64,000 nucleotides of DNA from Polyangiaceae bacterium (GTDB taxonomy: Bacteria > Myxococcota_A > Polyangia > Polyangiales > Polyangiaceae), in the NCBI GenBank assembly GCA_044376115.1, contig JBILLK010000009.1, positions 96,001 through 160,000 of the forward strand, in the 5' to 3' direction. The notes beneath the pieces were generated by a model. That model was given only the letters and a program-made list of their open reading frames with translations. It did no database searches and had not been told where the DNA came from. Both the position numbers and the translations under genes were made by a program. This document shows positions 18,425-27,071 of this stretch, in pieces. Every line of letters begins with the position of its first letter. Position 1 is the first letter of the stretch.

Positions 18425-19120
18425 ATGAGCTTGTGTTGGGTGGTAACCGGAGCCAACCGTGGCATCGGGCTCGAGTTCGCAAAGCAGCTCATTGCGCGTG
18501 GTGATCGCGTGATCGCAACCGTGCGCGACGCGAAGCGCGCCGGTGCGCTTCGTGATATGGCGCAGGCAGCTGCTGGTACCCTCGAGATCTTCGCCTGCGA
18601 TACAGCAAGCGATAGCGGCGTCGAGTCGTTCTGCCGCGCGGTCGGTGAGCGCGCGGTCGACGTCCTGATCAACAATGCCGGCGTGATCGGAAGTATGACC
18701 AGCCTCGAGGAGCTGGACTTTGCTGACATCACGCACACCTTCGACGTGAACGCGCTCGGACCCTTGCGCGTGACACGCGGCCTCCTAGGGGCGCTCGAAC
18801 GGTCCGCTACCCGACGCGTCGTTTCGATCTCGAGCGGCATGGGCTCGATCGCTGACAACGCCAACGGCGGCGCCTATGGCTACCGTTTGTCGAAGGCCGC
18901 TCTCAACATGGCCAATCGTTCGATGAGCGTCGACCTCCGCGAGCGCGGCTTCACCTGCGTCGTGCTCAATCCAGGCTGGGTTCAAACCGACATGGGCGGC
19001 TCGCAGGCTCCGCTGCCGGTGGACCGCTCGGTGCGCAGCATGCTCGACCTGATCGACAGACTCACCCCGCAGGACAACGGCCGCTTCTTGAACGTGACCG
19101 GTAACGACTTTCCCTGGTGA
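18425..19120 (+). CDS. csgA: SDR oxidoreductase, C-signal (CsgA)-like
   Basis: TGANRGIG, VDVLINNAGV, NALGPLRVT, MGSIADN..GGAYGYRLSKAALNM, PGWVQTDMGG and terminal PW, all recalled as shared with Myxococcus CsgA. Confidence 0.7.
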   Translation: MSLCWVVTGANRGIGLEFAKQLIARGDRVIATVRDAKRAGALRDMAQAAAGTLEIFACDTASDSGVESFCRAVGERAVDVLINNAGVIGSMTSLEELDFADITHTFDVNALGPLRVTRGLLGALERSATRRVVSISSGMGSIADNANGGAYGYRLSKAALNMANRSMSVDLRERGFTCVVLNPGWVQTDMGGSQAPLPVDRSVRSMLDLIDRLTPQDNGRFLNVTGNDFPW

Positions 19121-19189
19121 GCCAGGACGACGGCGTAAATTAGTGTTGCGAAAGCGGCGCTGGATTGCGCCACACGCTAGGCTTCTCGG

Positions 19190-19351
19190 GTGAAGAAGAT
19201 CATCAAAGAGATCCTGACGCTCGCGTGGAAAGTCCTCCGCTCCTACGTGTGGAAGTGGATTCGGCCTCGCTTGGTCAAGTACTTGGTGCTCGCCGTGATG
19301 GCGCTTGCAGCGCTCGCGGTGGTTGGTTTCTTTGTGGCCGCGAGCTGCTGA
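19190..19351 (+). CDS. 53-aa small membrane protein, absent from the ORF track
   Basis: GTG..TGA: MKKIIKEILTLAWKVLRSYVWKWIRPRLVKYLVLAVMALAALAVVGFFVAASC; fills the intergenic gap; TAGGCT 6 nt upstream. Confidence 0.65.
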   Translation: MKKIIKEILTLAWKVLRSYVWKWIRPRLVKYLVLAVMALAALAVVGFFVAASC

Positions 19352-19396
19352 ACGTGGCGTGCGCAGGGCTAGCGAGTTCGCCCAGGCGAACTCGCG

Positions 19397-20101
19397 CTAG
19401 CGAGTGAACGTGAGCTTGGCCGCGAAGCTGCCTGGCGAGTTGAGCTTCACGCTCGCGAGCCCGTCTTTCACGCAGCGCGCGGCCTTCTCACTGAATTCGT
19501 CTTCGCCCGACACGCCGACACTGGCGATGCTGCCGTCGGTCTCGACGATCACGGTGGCGGTCAGTGGAGCCGCTTTGGCGGCCGCCTGACATTCGGCGAG
19601 CACCGACTTCGCTGCACCGAGGTTCTTCCCTGCGTCGGCTTCGCTCCAGGCAACCGGCGGCCTTACGCCCGAAGGCGGGTCAAAGTCGAACTGGTTCTCC
19701 GCGATACCGACCTTGCCCCCGATGGCGCCAGGCCAGGATTGCGCGCGCAGCACGCCGAGCATGCAGTCTTCGGTAGCGCGGTCTCCCAGCGTGGACTTCT
19801 TCAAGAAGGACTTCACCACGCTGCCCGACGTATCCACGTGAATCACGACTCGGGCAGTGCCGCTGACTGCGGGCAACTTGCTCTTCGTCATGCACGCCAC
19901 GAGCCCGTCGTTCGCGCGACCGAAGACCTCGTTGACGCGCGATTCATTGAGCGCTCCAACCTCCGCCTCCATCGAGAGCCCCTCTCCAGGGGAGCGGCGC
20001 TTACTCGGACCCGTAGCTTCAGGATCCTCGGCTGGTTGGTTGGCCGAGCTGGCGCAGCCCAAGAACGAAAGTGCGAGGAACAAGCTGCGAAGACCGTGCA
20101 T
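19397..20101 (-). CDS. Lipoprotein with AgmX/PglI-like (TonB-C-like) C-terminal domains
   Basis: Lipobox FLGC; G.L...V...F...L..C, STLGDRATEDC..WP motifs; two repeats. Confidence 0.6.
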   Translation of the reverse strand: MHGLRSLFLALSFLGCASSANQPAEDPEATGPSKRRSPGEGLSMEAEVGALNESRVNEVFGRANDGLVACMTKSKLPAVSGTARVVIHVDTSGSVVKSFLKKSTLGDRATEDCMLGVLRAQSWPGAIGGKVGIAENQFDFDPPSGVRPPVAWSEADAGKNLGAAKSVLAECQAAAKAAPLTATVIVETDGSIASVGVSGEDEFSEKAARCVKDGLASVKLNSPGSFAAKLTFTR

Positions 20102-20122
20102 ACAACCTCAATACGACGAACT

Positions 20123-21268
20123 TCAGCCGCGCAGCAACGAGTTCGCCACGACGACCCGCTGGATCTCGCTGGTTCCCTCGTAGATCTCGGTGATGCGTGC
20201 GTCGCGGTAGTGGCGCTCCACTGCGTACTCCGTGCTGTAGCCGTACCCACCGTGGATCTGGATCGCCTTGTGCGTGACCCGCGTCGCCATCTCCGATGCA
20301 AACAGCTTGGCCATCGATGCCTCTGCCGTGTGCTTCTTCCCTCGATCTTTGGTGCTCGCCGCCGAGAGCACCAACAGCCGCGCGGCCTCCAACTCGGTCG
20401 CCATGTCGGCCAGCATGAACTGAATGGCTTGGTGGTTGAGGATGGGCCCACCGAACGACTGTCGCTCTTTGGCGTAGGTGCAGGCCGCGTCGAAGGCGGC
20501 TTGTGCGATGCCCACGGCCTGGGCCGCAATTCCAATGCGGCCGCCGTCGAGCGTGGCCATCGCGATCTTGAAGCCCCCGCCGACCTCGCCGAGCACGTTC
20601 TCCTTCGGGATGCGGACGTTGTCGAAAAAGATGGTCGCCGAATGGGCAGCGTGGATGCCGAGCTTGTGGTCGGGCGCCGCTACCGAAAATCCGGGCATAC
20701 CTCGTTGCACGATCAGGGCCGTGTGCTTCGGCTTGACCGGATCGGCGGTGGAGATGGCGAAGACCACGATGTACTCGGCATGCGGCCCGTTGGTGATCCA
20801 GTTCTTGGCGCCGTTGACGATGAAGCTACCGTCCGGCTGCTGCTCGGCGAGGGTCTTCATCGTGCGAGCGTCGGAGCCGCTCGACGGCTCGGTTAGGCCA
20901 AACGCGCCGAGCACTTTGCCGCTAGCGACGTCGCTCAGAATGCGCGCCTTTTGTTCGTCGGTGCCGAACTTGTAAAGCGGGTCACAGAAGAGCGAGTTGT
21001 TGACGCTCATGATCACACCGCAGGAAGCGCAGGCGCGGGAGATCTCCTCCACCACACTCGCGTAGGCGACCGCGCTCAGCCCGGAGCCGCCGTACTCTGT
21101 TGGGATGCACATGCCGAGGAAGCCGAGCTCGGCGAGCTGAGCGACGATCTCGCTCGGCCAACGCGCTGACTTGTCCAGCTCGGCTGCCTTGGGCTCGATC
21201 TCGCGGCGAGCGAAATCACGAGCGCTGTTCTTGACCAGAATTTCGTCTTCGGTGAGGTCGAGTTCCAT
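20123..21268 (-). CDS. Acyl-CoA dehydrogenase (short/branched-chain type)
   Basis: FGLTEPSSGSD, KNWITNG, GRIGIAAQA, QIHGGYGY, IYEGTSEIQR. Confidence 0.93.
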   Translation of the reverse strand: MELDLTEDEILVKNSARDFARREIEPKAAELDKSARWPSEIVAQLAELGFLGMCIPTEYGGSGLSAVAYASVVEEISRACASCGVIMSVNNSLFCDPLYKFGTDEQKARILSDVASGKVLGAFGLTEPSSGSDARTMKTLAEQQPDGSFIVNGAKNWITNGPHAEYIVVFAISTADPVKPKHTALIVQRGMPGFSVAAPDHKLGIHAAHSATIFFDNVRIPKENVLGEVGGGFKIAMATLDGGRIGIAAQAVGIAQAAFDAACTYAKERQSFGGPILNHQAIQFMLADMATELEAARLLVLSAASTKDRGKKHTAEASMAKLFASEMATRVTHKAIQIHGGYGYSTEYAVERHYRDARITEIYEGTSEIQRVVVANSLLRG

Positions 21269-21280
21269 ACGGGATCTGGG

Positions 21281-21577
21281 CTAGTTGCTGAGCAATCGTA
21301 GGATGACGATGGCCAGGCCAACGACAAGGCCTCCTACCACGAGCGCGAGCAAGACGAACCCGAACTTCCGCCGTCTCCGAATCTTTGCCAGGCTTTGCTG
21401 GTGCTCCGCAAATGCGCGCGAAGCGTGAAAGCTCTTGGGCGCCTCATACGGATCCAGTTTGAGCCGAATTACAGGCGAATCACCAGACTCTGGGGGCTTT
21501 GAGTCCGCCGTGCGAGCCGGGGCTGCGACGCCGCCCGGTTCTTTGCTAGAGCTGCCTTGTGGATTCACAGACTGCAA
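21281..21577 (-). CDS. Small hypothetical protein with C-terminal TM helix
   Basis: RRRRK followed by about 23 hydrophobic residues; lies directly upstream of the acyl-CoA dehydrogenase; start uncertain. Confidence 0.55.
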   Translation of the reverse strand: MQSVNPQGSSSKEPGGVAAPARTADSKPPESGDSPVIRLKLDPYEAPKSFHASRAFAEHQQSLAKIRRRRKFGFVLLALVVGGLVVGLAIVILRLLSN

Positions 21578-22047
21578 GCAAGCCTATCAGAATCGTTAAC
21601 GTCGTGTGTGCCGGCCCCGAGCATCGCGACGCACTCGTGGCGGGCAACGCAGCAATGGCGCTGGAAACCGAGGGCAAGCAGCTCGACGTTGCGGTCCTAC
21701 GGCGGGGAGTCGAGCGTGTGCTGGAGGACCCTTCCAAAGGCTTCTACCTCGTGGCGCTCGATTCCGCCGGCGAAGTCCTCGGACAGCTGATGATCACCTT
21801 CGAGTGGAGCGACTGGCGCGCCGGCGACATCTATTGGATACAGTCGGTCTTTGTCGTTCCAGCGGCGCGACGAAGCGGTGTGTATCGAGCGCTCCATAGC
21901 CATGTGCGGACCCTCGCTCGCGCGCACGGTAACGTAGTTGCGATACGGCTCTACGTTGAGCGGCACAACACCGCCGCCATTGCGTCCTACAAGCAGGTGG
22001 GAATGAAACCATCAATCTATGAACTCATGGAACAGGAAGACATTTGA
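21559..22047 (+). CDS. GNAT family N-acetyltransferase
   Basis: MALETE, LMITFEWSDWR, WIQSVFV..ARRSGVYRAL, RLYVERHN..A...Y; start uncertain. Confidence 0.88.
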   Translation: MDSQTASKPIRIVNVVCAGPEHRDALVAGNAAMALETEGKQLDVAVLRRGVERVLEDPSKGFYLVALDSAGEVLGQLMITFEWSDWRAGDIYWIQSVFVVPAARRSGVYRALHSHVRTLARAHGNVVAIRLYVERHNTAAIASYKQVGMKPSIYELMEQEDI

Positions 22048-22107
22048 CGCTACGCACGGTAGCCTTGTGGGCTCGTTGTTGGGCAGTCCGTTACCGCTGA
22101 GGTCGAC

Positions 22108-22320
22108 ATGTCTTTCGCCATCCTGCTGCTGATCCCGATTGTCGCGCTCTACGGGTGGTCGTGGATCCTGTTCGCGTTCGTGACGCCGCCGTACTTCTTG
22201 ACGGGGCTCTACTATCCGCCGTCGTTGCTCTATTTCATGGGCAATCGCACGGCGATGGTCTTCATGGGCATTCTGCTAGGCGTGATCGCTCCGCTGCTCT
22301 TATCGATGTTCGCGTTGTAG
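22108..22320 (+). CDS. Small integral membrane protein
   Basis: 70 aa, almost entirely hydrophobic; GAGG 6 nt upstream of the ATG. Confidence 0.55.
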   Translation: MSFAILLLIPIVALYGWSWILFAFVTPPYFLTGLYYPPSLLYFMGNRTAMVFMGILLGVIAPLLLSMFAL

Positions 22321-22361
22321 TCCGGCTTGCCAGCCGGCCTCAGTTGCTCGAACATTCGGCC

Positions 22362-23141
22362 ATGCTTTGTCGCAACACCGTCCTTTCTGCTTTGCTCGCG
22401 CTGACTGCTTGTAGCGCTGATGTCACCGCTCCACCCGGCGACAGTGATGGTTCTGGGGGAACCACCACTCAGGGCGGTAGCGCCCAAGGCGCTGGCTCCC
22501 CGCAAGGTGGAGCTGCTCAGGGGGGCGCTGCGCAAGGCGGAGCCGCTGTTGGTGGTTCCTCACAAGGTGGCTTTGGTCAAGGCGGTGCCATCACCACCGG
22601 GCCCATGAACGCTTGTGAAACCGTGTGCGGCAACGTTGAGACTTGCTTCGGACTCAGCTGCCAGCAAGCGGGGATAGATTGCAATTCAGAGGCTGGCCAG
22701 TGCTTGGGTAATTGCCTGGTAGACGCCGACTGCATGGAGCTTGCGGCCGCTGCCCAAGGTAACTTTGACCCCGAAACTGGCGCCTGCGTGAATGCTTGTA
22801 ACGGTATGGGGCAAGGCGGCGGCATGGGCCAAGGCGGCGGCATGGGTCAGGGCGGTGGCATGGGCCAAGGCGGCGGCGGCTCCCAATTTGCCTGCGGGCA
22901 ATGCGTATTCCAAAACGGCTGCACCGGGCCTTGTCAGGGCAACCCGGATTGCCAAGGCTGGTTCGGCTGTGTCTCCAATTGTAACGATCCGCAATGCGTT
23001 ACGGATTGCACCGCGCAGTTCCCACAAGCCGCAGACGAGGCCGCCGAGATCTTCGATTGTGCCTGCGTAAACTGTGAAAACGAGTGCGCCTCGACTTCCG
23101 ACCCGTGCAATCAAGGCAGCGGAGCCGGAGGCGCGCCCTAA
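22362..23141 (+). CDS. Cys-rich, Gly-rich myxobacterial lipoprotein
   Basis: Lipobox LTAC; QGG repeats; two Cys-rich blocks with CxxxC/CxxC. Confidence 0.7.
   Translation: MLCRNTVLSALLALTACSADVTAPPGDSDGSGGTTTQGGSAQGAGSPQGGAAQGGAAQGGAAVGGSSQGGFGQGGAITTGPMNACETVCGNVETCFGLSCQQAGIDCNSEAGQCLGNCLVDADCMELAAAAQGNFDPETGACVNACNGMGQGGGMGQGGGMGQGGGMGQGGGGSQFACGQCVFQNGCTGPCQGNPDCQGWFGCVSNCNDPQCVTDCTAQFPQAADEAAEIFDCACVNCENECASTSDPCNQGSGAGGAP
22803..22874 (+). repeat. 4 x 18-bp coding tandem repeat (GMGQGG)
   Basis: ggyatgggncarggcggy repeated four times. Confidence 0.85.
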
Positions 23142-23213
23142 CGCGATACCGCGCGAAGCGGCGGCTTCGCTGCAGTCGCGTTCGAGCAAGCGCGTCGGCG
23201 AAGGAGTTGCGAA

Positions 23214-25907
23214 GTGGCGGAAGACTGGACTGAGCGAGATCTGCTCGCGACCGAGGCGCGACTGCTCAGCGCGGATGCTCAGGCGGTCGCGGGTCAGACC
23301 TTTGGTCGGGTCGCCGAGGTGGAGGCTCTCGCGCGCGCGCTGGCTGCACGCAAAAGCACGGTGCTCCTCGGGCCTCCAGGTGTGGGTAAGTCCGCGGTGT
23401 TGCGTCGGCTGGTCCAGCTGATCGAGAAGCGGGCTTTCGCCGCGCTCGAGGGCGCGAGCGTCTACGAGATGGCCACCACAGGGTTGGTTTCCGGCACGCG
23501 CTACACCGGCATGCAAGAGGAGAAGATCGCGAGCCTCCTCCGCCACGCCGATCCTCGCCGGTTGCTCTTCATCTCCGACCTCTGGAACATCCCGATGGCC
23601 GGCTCGTATGAGAGCAATCCGCGAGGCATCTACGATCTCATGCGGCCCGGCATCGAGGCCGAGCGCTTGGTCTTGATCGGCGAGATGAGCCAGGGCCGCT
23701 GGGATCGCCTAACGCGGGAGTTCCCGCTGCTAGAAAGGGACTTCGCCACCATCTCGGTGGTGCCCCCGAGCGACGATGAGACGCGCTCGCTGCTGCAGCG
23801 GATTGCGGTGGAACTCGCCCCTGAACTCACCTTCGAGCGCGCTGCCATCGAGCGCATTTTCAGTTTGGCGCGCAAGTTCATGCCAACGCTCAGCTTTCCC
23901 GGCAAGGGTGTGGACCTTCTGCGAAAGGTGATTCAGGTCCATCGAGGGCTGGGTGAAAAGGCGAACCCGGTGCCGGTCGATGAGAGCGCCGTTGAGCGCT
24001 TGTTCTCTCGTGAGACTGGGCTTCCTGAGCACGTGGTATCGCCCAATACCAGCGTTGACTACGAGGCTACGCAGGCCTTCCTCGCCGAACGCGTGTTGGG
24101 CCAGGACGACGCCGTTCGCGCCGTATCTGACGTTCTGGCGCTGTACAAGACAGGGCTCTCCAACCCGGATCGCCCGGCGGGCGTATTCCTCTTGGTTGGC
24201 CCAACTGGCGTCGGCAAGACCGAACTCGCGAAGGCTACTGCGGAGTTCGTATTCGGCAGTCGCGAGCGGATCTTTCGCATCGACCTCTCCGAGTACAAGG
24301 ACTTTCACTCGTTTGAGAAGCTGATCGGCGACCCCAAGAAGGGCACCGCTGGATTGCTCACCGACCACGTGCGCAAAAATCCGTTCACGGTCATTTTGCT
24401 CGACGAGTTTGAGAAAGGGCACCCCAACCTCGCCGATCTGTTTTTGCAGGTCTTCGACGACGCCCGGCTCACTGACGCGTTTGGTGAAACGGTAGGCTTT
24501 CACCACGCACTCATCTTCCTGACCAGCAACGTTGGTAGCGACATGGCGGCGGTCGAGAGCGGCATCGGTTTCGTCGGGGAGCGCCACTCTGCTGCGGAGC
24601 TGCTGGAACAACGCGCCCGTAAGAGTCTGGAAGCGCACTATCGCCCCGAGTTCCTCAATCGTCTGGATCGGGTCCTGGTGATGAAGCCACTCTCTCAGTT
24701 GGATCTCAGCCGCATCGCGCGTCGCGAGCTTGGCCGCGTGGTGCGGCGCGATGGCTTCGTCGAACGGGATTTGCTGCTGGAAGTGGAGGACTCCGTGGTG
24801 GAGCTCTTGGTCGAGCGTGGCACCGATCCGAAGTATGGCGCCCGCCCGCTGAAGCGTGCGATCGAGGAGATCATCATGATCCCGCTAGCGCGGGCCTTGA
24901 TGCGGCCGGGCTGGCGTCGCTTTCAGATCCTCCGGGTTTCGCGCGCGCCGCAGCGCAACGAGGACGCTCCCAAAGCGGATTGGGTGACGGTGTCCTTCGA
25001 GACGACAGAGGCCTCGATTCGGTTGTCGAACCTCGACCGGAGAGAGCGAGTCAGCGATGGTGCCGGGGGTACAGTCTCCCTCTCGGTCGCTGATATTCGT
25101 GCCCAGCTAGCGGACGCGTTCATTGAGATCGGGACGCTCGAACAGACCGTCAATGTCGCTAAGTTGAAGGAGGAATTGCAATCGCTCGATCAGCAATCCA
25201 GCTCCCCGGCGTTTTGGGAGGCGGCCTTCGGAGATACCAGTGTAATTGCGCGGAGACATCGCCTTACCGTCGAGGTCCGCCGACTCGAGTCGTTGCACCG
25301 TGAACTCCTTGCGGTGCATGAGCTGGCGGAGGCGTCGTTCGTTGAGGCCGATGACTCGGTGGCCCGTGAGTTGATGAACTCGTTTGCACGCTTCGCGCCG
25401 CGGCTGCGTCGCGCGCAGCGTGAGCTGCTCAAGTTTGAAGACGTCGACAGCGCCGATGCGGAACTCTTGATTACGCCGGTCGGGGAGGAACTCGGGGCTC
25501 GCGAATGGGCGGCCAAGCTCGCCGATATGTACGAAGCCTGGGCCCGCTCGGTGGGCTATGAGGTGCGACGCAGCGAGCATGAGAACGTCCTCAAGGTGGT
25601 CGTGATGGGGCCGTACGCGCACGGGTATCTGCGCGGTGAGACGGGGGGACATCGCGTGGTGCGCCCGCACGACGAACGGGGGCCGCGACGCAGTGAGGCG
25701 CATCTCGCGCGCGTACGCGTCACGCCACCCGGGGAAGAGACTCAGGAGGAGCTGCGGCTCGATGACCTCGATCCCATTCGCACCTACGACACGCGGCATT
25801 CTCACGGCGTTCGCGACCGTGTTACACGTCATTCCGACGGCGATACGAAGCGCGTCTTGATGGGGCGTATCAGCACCTTTCTTGAGGCCCATATCGATCA
25901 ACGCTAG
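23214..25907 (+). CDS. ClpA/B-like double AAA+ ATPase fused to a GGQ-less release factor 2-like module
   Basis: GPPGVGKS; GPTGVGKT, ILLDEFEKGHP, IGF loop, PEFLNRLD, GARPLKR; C-terminal DSADAEL..AREWAAKLADMYEAWA..GPYAHGYLRGETGGHRVVR..IRTY..VLMGRISTFLEA resembles RF2. Confidence 0.88.
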   Translation: MAEDWTERDLLATEARLLSADAQAVAGQTFGRVAEVEALARALAARKSTVLLGPPGVGKSAVLRRLVQLIEKRAFAALEGASVYEMATTGLVSGTRYTGMQEEKIASLLRHADPRRLLFISDLWNIPMAGSYESNPRGIYDLMRPGIEAERLVLIGEMSQGRWDRLTREFPLLERDFATISVVPPSDDETRSLLQRIAVELAPELTFERAAIERIFSLARKFMPTLSFPGKGVDLLRKVIQVHRGLGEKANPVPVDESAVERLFSRETGLPEHVVSPNTSVDYEATQAFLAERVLGQDDAVRAVSDVLALYKTGLSNPDRPAGVFLLVGPTGVGKTELAKATAEFVFGSRERIFRIDLSEYKDFHSFEKLIGDPKKGTAGLLTDHVRKNPFTVILLDEFEKGHPNLADLFLQVFDDARLTDAFGETVGFHHALIFLTSNVGSDMAAVESGIGFVGERHSAAELLEQRARKSLEAHYRPEFLNRLDRVLVMKPLSQLDLSRIARRELGRVVRRDGFVERDLLLEVEDSVVELLVERGTDPKYGARPLKRAIEEIIMIPLARALMRPGWRRFQILRVSRAPQRNEDAPKADWVTVSFETTEASIRLSNLDRRERVSDGAGGTVSLSVADIRAQLADAFIEIGTLEQTVNVAKLKEELQSLDQQSSSPAFWEAAFGDTSVIARRHRLTVEVRRLESLHRELLAVHELAEASFVEADDSVARELMNSFARFAPRLRRAQRELLKFEDVDSADAELLITPVGEELGAREWAAKLADMYEAWARSVGYEVRRSEHENVLKVVVMGPYAHGYLRGETGGHRVVRPHDERGPRRSEAHLARVRVTPPGEETQEELRLDDLDPIRTYDTRHSHGVRDRVTRHSDGDTKRVLMGRISTFLEAHIDQR

Positions 25908-25994
25908 CGCCAACGCTTTGACGAGCCGTCAGTCGGCTGGGGCTCCGCCACCCAGGTGCTAAGCAAAGTGCCGTGCGTCAGCAACGTTATGGAT

Positions 25995-26010
25995 TGGCAC
26001 GGCGTCTGCT
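25995..26010 (+). promoter_or_regulatory. Putative sigma54 promoter
   Basis: TGGCACGGCGTCTGCT with GG-N10-GC spacing; predicted start site about 26021, ATG at 26024. Confidence 0.7.
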
Positions 26011-26023
26011 TTCAATGCGGTAA

Positions 26024-26980
26024 ATGACGGACGCGACGGGCCTTCACCTTGGCTTCGATTGGAGTGTTGCGCCGCCTCCGCCGAAACCGTTCGCTGCTCG
26101 CATCGTGGATACGACCTTGGGAGAGTGGCTCCACGGGACACCCAATGCGAAGCTCGACGATCGTTGTTTAGCGCTGCTGCACTGCACCGCCTCGATCGGT
26201 GTCGTGCACATTGGCCTTGGACGTTTGGAGGCTAGGCCGCCGGAACTGCTTGGCAAGCTTGTGCGAGAGGTCGCCCGCACGAAAGCAGAGATGCAGGTTG
26301 TTTGCCCCTGTGAACTCCTCGCTACTTTGCTACCGAGCGCCGACGGGCTCTCGGCTCAGAGCGGACGCCCCCTCGAGCTGGGTGTCGAGTTTGCGTCGCC
26401 ACGACTGCGCGCGAAGACGGATGGCTGGCAGTTGCATGAATTCTTGGACTACGTCCAAACAGGCGTGGATGCGGCCGTTTCGGCTGGATTTTTCGTCAAT
26501 TGTATCATCGAGGATGCCGCTCAAACAGCGCCGGACGTGCTCGCTGCCCTGCTGCTCGTTGCTGCAGAAGCGGGCGTCTCGCGCATCACCCTCTCCGACC
26601 GGCGCGGGAACGCGGCCCCTGCGGCTGTGGCAGGGCTGATTCCGTTTGCGCGCTCCGTGCTACTCGCACGCCGCTTTGCGCATGTGCCGGTCGAGTGGGA
26701 TGGATATAGCGTTAAAGGCGTAGCAGTGGAGAACGCGCTCGTGGCCCTCTCGGGCGGCGCGGAGCGTGTGGTGGCCGCGGCGTTGGGGGCGGGGCAACAA
26801 GGGGCGAGTCGGGCACCCGTCGAGTCGATCGTGTTGCAGGATTTCTCCACGACCTCTGGCGACAATCTCCTCCGTGTACGCCAATACGCCCAAGCCGCGA
26901 GCAAGCTGCTCCGCTTGGGAACGCAGGCGACACAACGCGCAGCCAAGCCGCCTCAGCCGAGCGGGCTGGCCGCCAACTGA
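26024..26980 (+). CDS. LeuA/homocitrate synthase-like DRE-TIM barrel protein, apparently catalytically inactive
   Basis: IVDTTLGEW (vs DTTLRDG), IEDAAQT, RITLSDRRG.A.P, EWDGY (vs WHGH), AVENALVALSGGAERV, LGAGQQG (vs LGxGERxGN). Confidence 0.7.
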   Translation: MTDATGLHLGFDWSVAPPPPKPFAARIVDTTLGEWLHGTPNAKLDDRCLALLHCTASIGVVHIGLGRLEARPPELLGKLVREVARTKAEMQVVCPCELLATLLPSADGLSAQSGRPLELGVEFASPRLRAKTDGWQLHEFLDYVQTGVDAAVSAGFFVNCIIEDAAQTAPDVLAALLLVAAEAGVSRITLSDRRGNAAPAAVAGLIPFARSVLLARRFAHVPVEWDGYSVKGVAVENALVALSGGAERVVAAALGAGQQGASRAPVESIVLQDFSTTSGDNLLRVRQYAQAASKLLRLGTQATQRAAKPPQPSGLAAN

Positions 26981-27071
26981 TGAAGGTCTTGTTAATGTTA
27001 CTGTCGAAGGGTCAGTAGTTAACGCTCATTGGGATTTGCTTGGCGGCATTGTGCGAAGGTCGAGCGCCCTG

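Noticed and set aside
19739..20896. 385-aa plus-strand ORF
   Set aside because: Antisense to the acyl-CoA dehydrogenase and the AgmX-like gene.
25075..25907. RF2-like region as a genuine or frameshifted prfB gene or pseudogene
   Set aside because: It is in frame with the Clp ATPase, has no CTT-TGA frameshift site or own start, and lacks GGQ and SPF while the flanking domains remain open.
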